Positions 25,901 to 37,900 of a stretch of 64,000 nt of DNA are shown here, piece by piece. Every line of letters begins with the position of its first letter. Positions within the stretch are counted from its first letter, which is position 1. The translations under genes were made by a program, and so were the position numbers. The notes beneath the pieces are model-generated. The model worked only from the letters and a program-made list of their open reading frames with translations. It had not been told where the DNA came from and made no database searches. This DNA comes from Macrostomum hystrix (taxonomy: Eukaryota; Animalia; Platyhelminthes): NCBI GenBank assembly GCA_950097015.1, contig CATNEN010000007.1:6572001-6636000 (forward strand), given 5' to 3'.

Positions 25901-28900
25901 TCTCCTGTGGCCGATCTATCCGGCTTAATCCTCCCGACCTGCTGCGCTCCCATTTCTTAGAAACCGTCCAAAGGAGGGCGGGCGCGAAGGGATAAAGAGA
26001 TAAGACGGGAGAAAGACAAGGGCGGGGCACAGGAGAGAAGGCTGGTTGGCGGGAAATGTCTTGAGAATTCTACTTCAAATGAGCAATAGGAAGTGTAAAA
26101 AATAGGAAAACGGAGGCCAGACTTAGAAGGAAAATATGGAGGGGAGACCGGGCGGCCCTCAAAATCCAACGCCGCGAAATAATTCTCAGCGTGGGCAACA
26201 GCAGCTTTTCCAAGCCTGTGTGAGTTCGGGCAAGTGGGAAAAGAGGGAGAGAGAGAGGCGGCAGAAGAGAAAAAAGCAATCATTGCCTCGGGGATTGTGT
26301 TTCCATGGATCCCACAGAGAATGGGCCGCTCTTGAAGCCCGGAGAGCGCCGGCCAGCCGACCCGAATAGAGAAGTAGAAAATAAAAGAGACAGCAGCCGC
26401 TAGGGCAGCGCGCATAGTAGCGGCAATTCCTGGCGTTTAAGAGTGCAGGCAAACCAGGGCAGGCCAGCATTTGCATGCCAGCCACCCCCAATCCGTTGCG
26501 ATGCAACATCGCAGCATCCCCGTCCCAGCCTGCTGCGGTAAGGATAAAAGAAATTCGCCGGCGCAGTTTGATTAAAAGTAGGAGGGCGAAACACAAGCAA
26601 AAGAGGCCCAGAGACAAGAGAAAGGCGGGCGGCTTTGAGCGGAGCCGCGCGGAATATTGGCCGGAGAGAAAAAAGGCTCGCAGAGACAGTCCCATTGCGG
26701 GATTTGCGATTAGCCATAACCCCAGCTGCAGAGTCAGGCAGGGACGCATTGGGCACTCAGGCGCTGCGGGGACGTGTGCCGTTGTCCATCGTAGCCAGAC
26801 AAGCAGACAGGCAAATTAGGCCAGACATCGCTGGCATTGACACTCCCCGCAGTCACAGAGAAATTCAGCTCCGAATGCATCGCCTGATAATCAGCAGACG
26901 AAGATCGAGGCAAGCAAATACTCGAAATCAGTTTGTGTCCATTCCATAGAGCTTGCCTGGGATCAAAACATGGGGTGCATTTCAACCTTGGAACAGGAGC
27001 TTTTGTTACATATTTTCTTTATTTTGTTTATGTACGACCTAACTAGCAATGATGGCATGCAGGGGTTGGCAAACAGGGAATGCTTAACAAGTACTAGGAA
27101 TTTCCGAAGAAGTGGTTAAGAACTTACGGAGAAGTAGCCAAGAACTTCAGAAGAAGTGACGAAGAATTTCTAAAGAAGTACCGAAAAAAATCCGAAAAAG
27201 TACCGAAAAATACCGAAGAATTAACGAAAAACTTGCGAAAAAGTACCGAAAAAATCCGAAGAAGTACCCAAGAGTTTCCGAAGAATGTACAAATAATTTT
27301 TTACCAAGTTTCTTTAATGTGCGGCAAAGAACAACGTGATTTTACCTCCTTTAGAGAGCGGAAATGTTAACCCAAGGAAGCAAAAGTTTTATGTTAGCTG
27401 CCAAGGGCAGGTGCATGCAAGAAGCTACACTAAAACTGAAAATGCTCGCAATAATTTGGGCTCCTAAAAGCGCAGAAAAAAGTGCTCGCCGTCAGCCAGA
27501 TGGAAGCAGCGCGCCCACATGACGGCCATCGAGAGTCAAAACTGACGACTGGCACTAGGACCGTCTTCATTTCTTGTCTTCTGCTTTTTCCCCTTCTTTT
27601 AATGCTCCGTCAAGTGACGAATTGCAGCCGCTACCTTCCGGAAGCCAGATGGGGCAAGGCAAGGATGAAAGCCGGCTTGCCAGTCCACATCAGGGAGTGC
27701 TAGTCAGTTTGTCTCAGGCCGCCCACTACTAAAATACTATGCGTCAAGCTTGATCCGCCAGAGTGTGAAGCTGAGATTTGCTAAACACCGGCTTGCCAGT
27801 CCACATCAGGGAGTGCTAGTCAGTTTGTCTCAGGCCGCCCACTACTAAAATACTATGCGTCAAGCTTGATCCGCCAGAGTGTGAAGCTGAGATTTGCTAA
27901 ACACCGGCTTGCCAGTCCACATCAGGGAGTGCTAGTCAGTTTGTCTCAGGCCGCCCACTACTAAAATACTATGCGTCAAGCTTGATCCGCCAGAGTGTGA
28001 AGCTGAGATTTGCTAAACACCGGCTTGCCAGTCCACATCAGGGAGTGCTAGTCAGTTTGTCTCAGGCCGCCCACTACTAAAATACTATGCGTCAAGCTTG
28101 ATCCGCCAGAGTGTGAAGCTGAGATTTGCTAAACACCGGCTTGCCAGTCCACATCAGGGAGTGCTAGTCAGTTTGTCTCAGGCCGCCCACTACTAAAATA
28201 CTATGCGTCAAGCTTGATCCGCCAGAGTGTGAAGCTGAGATTTGCTAAACACCGGCTTGCCAGTCCACATCAGGGAGTGCTAGTCAGTTTGTCTCAGGCC
28301 GCCCACTACTAAAATACTATGCGTCAAGCTTGATCCGCCAGAGTGTGAAGCTGAGATTTGCTAAACACCGGCTTGCCAGTCCACATCAGGGAGAGCTAGT
28401 CAGTTTGTCTCAGGCCGCCCACTACTAAAATACTATGCGTCAAGCTTGATCCGCCAGAGTGTGAAGCTGAGATTTGCTAAACACCGGCTTGCCAGTCCAC
28501 ATCAGGGAGTGCTAGTCAGTTTGTCTCAGGCCGCCCACTACTAAAATACTATGCGTCAAGCTTGATCCGCCAGAGTGTGAAGCTGAGATTTGCTAAACAC
28601 CGGCTTGCCAGTCCACATCAGGGAGTGCTAGTCAGTTTGTCTCAGGCCGCCCACTACTAAAATACTATGCGTCAAGCTTGATCCGCCAGAGTGTGAAGCT
28701 GAGATTTGCTAAACACCGGCTTGCCAGTCCACATCAGGGAGTGCTAGTCAGTTTGTCTCAGGCCGCCCACTACTAAAATACTATGCGTCAAGCTTGATCC
28801 GCCAGAGTGTGAAGCTGAGATTTGCTAAACACCGGCTTGCGCCCGAAGCAGCAGCACTTCGGACGCATTCTTATAGGGCAAAACATTAAAAAGCTTTCAT

Positions 28901-31900
28901 GATGCGCCGAGAACAGCGGAAATATTCATACAGGGTATCGACAATATGACTAAGTTGTAGCATAGAATCGAAATGATCACTAGTAGCACCTATATAATAT
29001 GTGTGAGTACAAAAGTACATATAAATTGAACTAAATCTGAGTAGACTATACAGATGCACTCAGCTAGGAAGAGATTTATAATCAGATAGAAAATGGAGAA
29101 TAATTCTAAACTAGAACCGAGAGACAAGTCAGACAAGATTTCTGATTGACCAGAAAAGAGACGACAAGCGGGCCAGAACAGAATGCCGCTGCACGCAAGA
29201 ACTAGAAATAGAAATCCTTCAAGAGCCGTCACCAGCATCGCCGGTCCAGGTGTGGCCACAGAATCTCTGCTCAGTACTTTAGAAAGCTTGTACTGTAGGC
29301 TTGTAGTGGATTGCGGACAGGTCAAATTATCGATAGCCGGCCTCCTAGATGCTTTGGTATGCCAGGCTAACTCTAATCTACCGCACAGCCTTCGGGGTGG
29401 AAAAGTCCTTATTCTGTTTATAATTTATAATTAGTTATTTTCAATTTAAAATAACTAAATTGAAAGAGGTTGCAGCCTAGTGGTTAGGGCGTCGAACTCA
29501 CGACTTGAAGGTCCGGGGTTCGATTCCCGACTCCACTGGAACAATTTGTGTCCTTTAGCAAGATACTTCAGTTCACCCAGCTGTTAAATGGGTACCAGCA
29601 TCAGCTGGGATAATTGAAGGTGGGTGTGGCGTCCCCCCAGTCCATGGACTGAACAGCTGTACGCAGCCTTCAGATGCGCCGCGCAATAGCTGCGGCTGTG
29701 CTGTCGGCTGCACATCTGACCCGATTGGGGCAGGTGTAATCAATTATAAATAATTATTATTATTTCAATTTAGCAACGCAAATTCGAAATAAAGAAATAG
29801 TAGGTAAGCAGGTTAGAGAGATCTTTTGCTTTTATTTTTTCTTGTTTACTGGACGAAATTGCTGGTGGAAATGGAGGATGGTTTGAATACCGAACGCATT
29901 ATTACTTACTTTTATGTATTGGGATCAGGATGACCTAAGTTTTTTATTTGACGAGATTTCGACGAGGTAAAATGTAGATTTTGAAAAAAACTAAATCGCA
30001 CCGCAAAAAAGGAAAATGGAAAAAATGGACGCACCAGATCCCAAACTAGCTCCTGCGTATTGACCGGGACAGATACACGCCAGCACCAGATCCCAAACTA
30101 GCTCCTCCGTATTGACCGGGACAGATACACGCCAGCACCTGATCCCAAACTAGCTCCTGCGTATTGACCGGGACAGATACACGCCAGCACCAGATCCCAA
30201 ACTAGCTCCTCCGTATTGACCGGGACAGATACACGCCAGCACCTGATCCCAAACTAGCTCCTCCGTATTGACCGGGACAGATACACGCCAGCACCAGATC
30301 CCAAACTAGCTCCTCCGTATTGACCGGGACAGATACACGCCAGCACCTGATCCCAAACTAGCTCCTCCGTATTGACCGGGACAGATACACGCCAGCACCA
30401 GATCCCAAACTAGCTCCTCCGTATTGACCGGGACAGATACACGCCAGCACCAGATCCCAAACTAGCTCCTCCGTATTGACCGGGACAGATACACGCCAGA
30501 ACCAGATCCCAAACTAGCTCCTCCGTATTGACCGGGACAGATACACGCCAGCAAAGTGGCCAGTGTCTACAAGAAGCCACTCAGAAATTGTGTGCGAACG
30601 AGTCAAACTCGAAGAAGAATAAGAAAAAAAAGAAGTAAAAAAGTGGTAGAAATTTATTTCGAGCCTCATACCAATCTGAAATTGCCCAAGGGAAGTGAGG
30701 CTGTCTCAGTATAGGAGCATATATTTTTAGTCTTACAGACACGGATATGAGTCGGACCTAAGCCGGGGCGTGACAGACCGGCTTCGGGTTGCGTAACTGG
30801 AGATACAGACGCGAGAGCCTGGTGGCGGAGGCAGAAGAAATCGAGAGAGGGGGGCGGGGCCTCCAAGGACCGCTGGAGCGAACGGACGCGCAGGATGGGA
30901 AGCAGAGAAATTTCAGACCCAACGACCCAGTTCCCATCGCGTCAAGGCGGATCGCTTTCCTACTTTTTACTGTGCCTCAATGTTTTTTCAAAAAAAGAAG
31001 AAAGCTGCTTCTCCTTTTCGCTGCATTAATCCCCTACCCAGTTCGAGGAACCGGCTTAGTTTGGGGATAAAAGAGAGATAATATAAAATATTGGGCAGAG
31101 AGATGGGCCAACTGGCGGGACAGGCCTGAGGATGGGAACCGCTTAGGATGTAGAGAAGCAATTTAGCACCGCATCATCTTCATCATTGCCTCATCCCATC
31201 TGGGATGAGTGGTAAAACAAGAGCCCTTAGCTGTAGGTTGGGATTCTGATCCGGAGATGCACAGAACGGTGCTCAATGATAAACAAAGAAAGGAAAAAAC
31301 TCACAAACGCAATGAAAATATTGATATATCTGGCATCCTGGTGATAGCGCTTGTCCTGCGAGAAGGCCTTGATGCACTTCTTTAGCAGATCGTACAGCTG
31401 GCTGTCTTTGCCTCCGCTCGGGTAGTTTTCCTCTGTCCAGGTCACGTAGCTGAAAATGCAGGTAAACATTTTGTTACCGAAACTGATCATCTGTGAGTCA
31501 TGTGAACTCACGACTCTGAGTACAACCCAATCTTGGAACTCATGACTGTGAGTACAACTCAATCTGAGAACTCATGACTGTGAGTACAACCCAATCTGAG
31601 AACTCATGACTGTGAGTACAACCCAATCTGAGAATCTGTAAGGTAGCACCATGATCTGCTTCGTAAAGTCTAGAATATATTTTTAGCTTGCTCAGATATA
31701 AAGAGACTTAAGCTTTTTAGAGAATTGACTATTATGGATAGGATTTGACTAGCCACCAAAGAGAACAAGATCTAAATAAAGAGAAGGTGGATTTTTAACC
31801 CGAGAAACCTTGCCAGCGCCACTTACAGTCTAAAAAAGATCTCATAGACTCATCAATAAAGAGATCTGGATAAGAGTCGGATGGGAGCTCGTTCAAGCGT

Positions 31901-34900
31901 AAGGAGAGATCCTCGATTCAAAGCTTGAGCTACTCCGGAATTGAAATGAAAAGTAAAAGAAAAAAGAGGCGGCACCGGATAAGCCAGGAACTTACTCAAT
32001 GTAAGGCAGCAGCGGGTCGTCTCCCGAGTAGGACCGGATCGCCAGCTCCAGCTCTCTGAAATGGGAGCGAGTTGGCAGCAAAAATGTAGCGCAAGGGAGT
32101 CCAGGGATGCAGCTGGAGCACTGCAAAACAAGAGTTGCCGGGTGGGAAATAAAAGGTGGACACACAGAAGAAACCGACCAAACAGTCCGGCAGCAGGTTT
32201 GATGGACTGCCAGCTAGACCTCGGAGTTGGATTATTCCCCCGCACCGCCACGCCATCAGAGTGACTTCACAGCTGGGCCCAGGCTGCGGCATCTCGCCTG
32301 ACCAACCCACTCCCCGCAACCCGAGGAGTGAAGACGCCGCCAAGGGGGGGGGCTACCCCTCAACCGGTATGAAAGATGCATGGTAAAAAACTCAAAGCCA
32401 TGGACCAAGGCGCACAGCCAACGCGGCCATTATGTCCTATCTATTACTTTAGCGCATCAACCACCAGGCCCAGGCCGCCAGCCCTTCGAAGCTGCGCTCT
32501 GCACTGCTGGATAATTAATGAGCGACAGTCATTTCTGATCCAGTGAAGTCCAAAGGGATGAAGGGATGAAGCGCAATTCCCAATTGCATACCTGGATGAT
32601 CCCTACCCACCCACTATTCCACGTGTCTTAGGACAAGTGATCGCTCGTGTGTTCGGAGTGTTAGAAGCCAGAAAATTTTAACATCGCCAGGCCCGCATGA
32701 CAGCCTCCTGGAGTAACTTATAGTGCACCTAATTGCCTGGTATAGACTGGCCAACACCTAGCTCAGACTGTTTAATAGGCCTCAGTAGACTGTGAAAAAG
32801 CGGTACAGGCAGCAATAAAAGTGTACAGAATAAGATAACACGGAGTACAACGGACCCGGAGTATTGTCTTGTCTTTATTTATTATGACTCAGCAAGTAGG
32901 GATTCACACGCATTTACTCGAATCTTATATAAGGAAAGTTGCAGAGTTCAATCGACAAAAGCCGGGCTCATTAAGTTCAATGGCAGATACGGGGACAATA
33001 AGTCGCAGACTTATTATTACTTGTATAAACAAACTTGGTAGTTTTTACTCATACAAACGCTAGACAAAATCTGGTAGCTCCCTTGGAGTAGCTTTAACTT
33101 CCAGTTACGCAAAATGTTGATTTTGATGGACTTGTTAGCAACTGCGAAGCAACTTGATGTAACAAATTAATACGGAGTTCGATCGGTCCTTAGTTAACAG
33201 TCTGATCGGTACTCTGCAATTCTGTGCGAATTACAAAACAGAACAATGATTTACAGCTCTGCAGCATCTGCGCTTGTTTAGGAAAATAGTAATAAACTTG
33301 TGACTCGAACAGTCATAACGCATTGATACTCGTGGGTAGCATGTCGCAAATTTAGTTGTAGTTTTCTATCTGCTGAACAAAAGTGCAAGTTTTTACTGAA
33401 CGCCGCGTCTAACAGCCGGAGCCAAAGCTCGTCTTCGAGGCGCTGCGGCTAGGCGAGCTGACCGTGACAGGCCTGGAGCAGCTGGACGGAGAACCGCCGC
33501 AGTGTGGCTGCAGCAACCCAGAGCTGTGCTGATGATGATGATGCTGTGACTGCTGATAATGACGCCGGTCAGAAGAATCCGTGACAGTGTACCTGGGTTT
33601 CGTTGGCAGTTCATCATCGTCCTCATTGCCAACGTGTGCTGACTGTGGCTGCTGTTGAAAGTATTTCAGCAGTTCAATTGGCAAGGGGAAGATGATGGTT
33701 GAATTTTTCTCCGCTGAGATGCTGCACAAGGTCTGAAGGTAGCGCAGCTGCAACGCTACGTTGCATTCGGACAGCTCGATAGCCGCCGCCTTCAGCGCTT
33801 TGCTGGCTTTCTCCTCGCCCTCAGCTGCGATCACCTTGGCCCTGGCCTCGCGGGCAGCCTCAGCTTCAGCGGCCATCGCCCTTTGCAGCTGCGTCGGCAG
33901 GCGGACGTCTTTAATCTCGACGCGCTCTACCTTGACGCCCCAGGTGTCAGTGGCGGCGTCAAGCGTCTCCTGCATCACCAAAGCGGATTCGTCCCGGCCG
34001 GCAAGCAGCTCGTACAGGCTGACGGTGCCCAGCACGTTTCTCAGCGTTGTCTGCGCCAAAAGCTTGGTCGATCGATTCGAGTCCTCAACATTTACCACCG
34101 ACATGACCGGATCGAAGATGCGATAATACACTACGGCGTCAACGGCAACCGTCACGGAGTCCTTTGTCAGCACCTCCTGGGTGGGAACGTCGAAAGTCAT
34201 GGTGCGCAGATCCACCTTCTTAATGTTGTCCATGCAGGGCATGATAAATATTAATCCGGGACCATTGGCTTCGGAGCTAAGAATTCTGCCGAAACGGAAC
34301 ACCACTGCCCGCTCATACTGAGCTATCACTTTCAGACAGACCAGGAAAGAGAATGGAAAGGTGACAGCCACCAGGGCTATAATCAGCGCCTTCATGGCCG
34401 CCTCGCAGAACTGCATGTGCCGCTGAGACTGCAGCGAGCCGCCTAAACCCGAGCGACCAAGACGTTCTGGCACGAGAGAGAAGCTGCGCTGGAGGCGCTG
34501 ATGTCGTGATGATCCGCCACTTCCGCTTCCACCAACACCGCCACTGCCTCCGCTGCCGCCTCCACCGCGTCTGCGGTTACCATTTTTATTTGGTGACGAC
34601 GAAGCAATGTGTTCGTCGCTGTCGGCATCGACCGCCTCCTCCTCGTCAGAGTCGTCACTGGCGGGTTCGGCGGCTGCGGCGGCACTCTTGGACTTAAAGC
34701 GAGTGTCAGAGCTAAAGCTGACTCCCTTCGCCATTGCAATTTTTAGATTAGCTAGACTAGACAAGACGACAACACGCCATGGACAGAGGCTTTGCAGCTA
34801 GGCCAGTTTTCCCAGTAGGGTCCTAGGCACTGCAGTTATATTACGTGTAACTCCAGCAAGGCCAGCAGTCAAACCGGAAAGTTTGGTCAGGGGCAGCCAA

Positions 34901-37900
34901 TCCCAGATGATTGGTCCACAAACATTGAGCTAGTATCCGGACTGACCAATAGAAGAAACGCGACTTCTTTGCCTATGTAAGCCAGATTGAAAATCAAGAC
35001 AAATCAATTGGTTTATAGCGACTCATGCGCTTAACACTTTCTGTGACCTGGGGCGATGTTTCTTATACAGGAGCCACGTATACTCATCAAAACTACCAGC
35101 AGAATTGAAGATAAGTTACATAACTTTTCATATAGTTTCTGATTGAATCGTAAGCTTCATAAATTTCACTCTGCTCCTATCGATAGTTGAGAGATTTCAA
35201 CATAATGAAGACATAACTTGATGCATACTCTGGGGAACTTAAGCTGCGAACGTGTCTTAATTCAAGACTGGTGAATATCAATAGCCACGATGTCAAGTGT
35301 CCAAATAAATAAAGAATTCTGAAATTTTCCTTAGAAAAAATCAATACATTTTAGGCAAAACATATTGCATAAAGTTAATAAGGTAATATCGGGAAACATT
35401 GGTAGGTAAAAAACTGACACTACAAAGTTATCTTCCCATTCCAAATAGTCATTCTTGTTGTCAACTGTTTCTTAGCGAAGTCATGTTCTATCAATTATTA
35501 ATGGAGTTTTAGAAGAAAGAATATATGAAGACATAAGCTACACAATTGTCAAGTACATTAAAAATTCAATCCAGTCTGGTCAGAAAAGGGAGAGAGAGAC
35601 ACAAATAGAACGCAACACACACTAAAATACTTTAAGCTGGCGGCACGCACCTCCCATGGCAAGTTGAGTATTAAGGGATGGCTTCTGCGTTTTGATGTAC
35701 TTTGATGTGCTTTTTGATGTTCAGTTGTACGGCTTGTGTAGATTCACAAAAATTCACAAAAGTGGCCACCCCTTGAGACCGATTGTCTCTATGATTAACA
35801 CCTCTGAGTATGAGTTAGCTAAGTTCTTGGATATGCTGTTCAAACCTATTATTCCAAGAGAATTTTCTGTTAACTCCAATAGGGAATTCATTGAAAGCCT
35901 GGACTACGTCACCTTGAGTCCCAATGATAAGCTGTACAGTTTTGACGTTGTTTCTCTCTACCAACATCCCTCTTAAGTTCTCCATTGAGCTCGCCACTGA
36001 TTTGGTTTACCAACAGTGTGATCATCCTAGAGTCAATTGCAAATTGCAGAAGAAGCATACTTATTCTAATTGACTTCAGACTTTGTCTGACAATAGTCTT
36101 ACAACTTACAATACTTGCAACACATAAAATATTCTTCTATAAAGCATTCTAATACTGATAAAGACTGGAATGGTAATGAGCTATTAGGGTATATACAGTA
36201 TTTTAATGCTTTCATCAATAATTATAACTTAATATCCTAAAGGTTTGATGCACTATTATTCAGTGTGTCTTGCTGACCATTTGTGAATCCAACTAGTCAG
36301 CAATACAACATTTGTGATTTGTGTGTCATTCACAACAATATAGTAACACTGGACACAAATTTAACTGTGCTTTTAATCCAAACTACACCAATACATTACA
36401 TACACATACCAATGCTGAATTCTATAGCCAGTACTGGACTTTCTCATTCAAATTTGTTTTTCTAGCTAATTTTCAAAACATCAATTAGTTTTCATAGTTT
36501 AGTTCCACAAATTATAATAATGCCTTTAAAGGATTCAAAACAGATATTTAAAATCCCCTAAAGTTACCCTCTTTGAACTGCTTGACATGCCCCAGTTTAC
36601 AAAAGCCTTGCATATGTGCTTAGAAACTTTCAGCTCCCAAAAAGGTAACTGTACTTTTGCTTCAAACTTTTATTTTCTATGTCCAGAATATTATTTTGCT
36701 GCTATAGGGCCTTAACATATATTTTGCTCTATATCACAACTATCATTAGATATATAGCAAACACTTGTATTTGCATGAACTATCCCTGTCTATGTATGTT
36801 ACTTTAAATGGCAATAATATTTATCAGCAAAATGAAACTTTATTTCATTCTTGTTATTTTATTTACTATCATAGCAATAAAAATTAATTTGTGGCAGGGC
36901 TGTGGGCACTGGCACAATATGAAAATAACACTAGACCTATAGCCAGCAAGGAGGTAATTCTGCCAATTTTGTTGTCTCCTGAGCACAAATACACATAGTT
37001 AAAATACACAGGCACACAGTTACACAAGTGTTTAAATTTGCCCTGGTTTTCTTATTATCAGGCATTGTACACTTCCACTGTGCATTGGAGGTTAGCCTTC
37101 AAGGAACATATATTGCATAACAAGCTCCCAAGCCTTCTGTCTGCAACTGTGCCTCATACAAATATGACATTGCTGCAGTCAAGTTCAGTAACCTTTGTAC
37201 AAGGGGCAAACATGTTAACTACCTACTCTGCCACACTACCTCCAACTTTTGTAGCTAAAAATCTAAATGTTGTGGTAATATTGTCGTAAACCTTATCACA
37301 GTATAATACAAATGAAGTCCAAATTAGGCCTATGAAAATGGCATCCAATGTACTTAAGGAAATTTATTAGATCTGGGATCAAAGTTAGTCAAGACTTAAT
37401 ATGCCTAGGGACTTTATAGGGTATCCACATACATTTTAAATTTGTTCCAATAACGAAATAAATAATTCTAGAAAAAATACAAATCTTACTACCTTGTAAG
37501 CTTCTCCAAACTAATAATATGACAAGGTAGCAAATAAATAAAAAGAAGGAAAAACAGCAATTAAAAGTTGAAATTAAGAAATGACATCATAAAGAAAATA
37601 ATCTGTCTGCACAATGCAAATATGTCTAGGCTTCAATTCCTAGGGAAATTGTGGGTGTGTATAAAATCTTTCCAGTTGATGAAATAAACAATTAAATGCA
37701 ACATTTAGATGCTGTGCACAATTAGATGTAGCTAGCTATGCTTTTAGCAACATATCATGATTCATTTTTTCTGACCAAATTAAGGTAATTGTAACTAATA
37801 AGTGTTTTTGTTTTCTAGACAAAATCATTCAAATTTTAGTGTTCTAGATTTAACTCTAGAACTCTAGAACTCTAATAAACTCTATTTTTTTTAAATAGGC

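Noticed and set aside
25950-26990. Cluster of overlapping 70-190-aa ORFs in a GA-rich intronic segment (likewise 13337-13627, 14400-14870, 17300-17950, 30666-31070, 31853-32386)
   Set aside because: No recognisable domains and no consistent splice-compatible exon chain; they may be regulatory or UTR-like, but that cannot be supported from sequence alone.
29467-29545. Possible tRNA gene (A/B boxes, anticodon-like CAC)
   Set aside because: The acceptor stem does not pair, the sequence continues into a CORE-like body with an AT tail, and the second copy has CAT instead, so it is a SINE head.
27672-30553. CRISPR-like appearance of the regular 116-nt and 52-nt arrays
   Set aside because: Units are identical end to end with no unique spacers, there are no cas genes, and the context is a eukaryotic intron.
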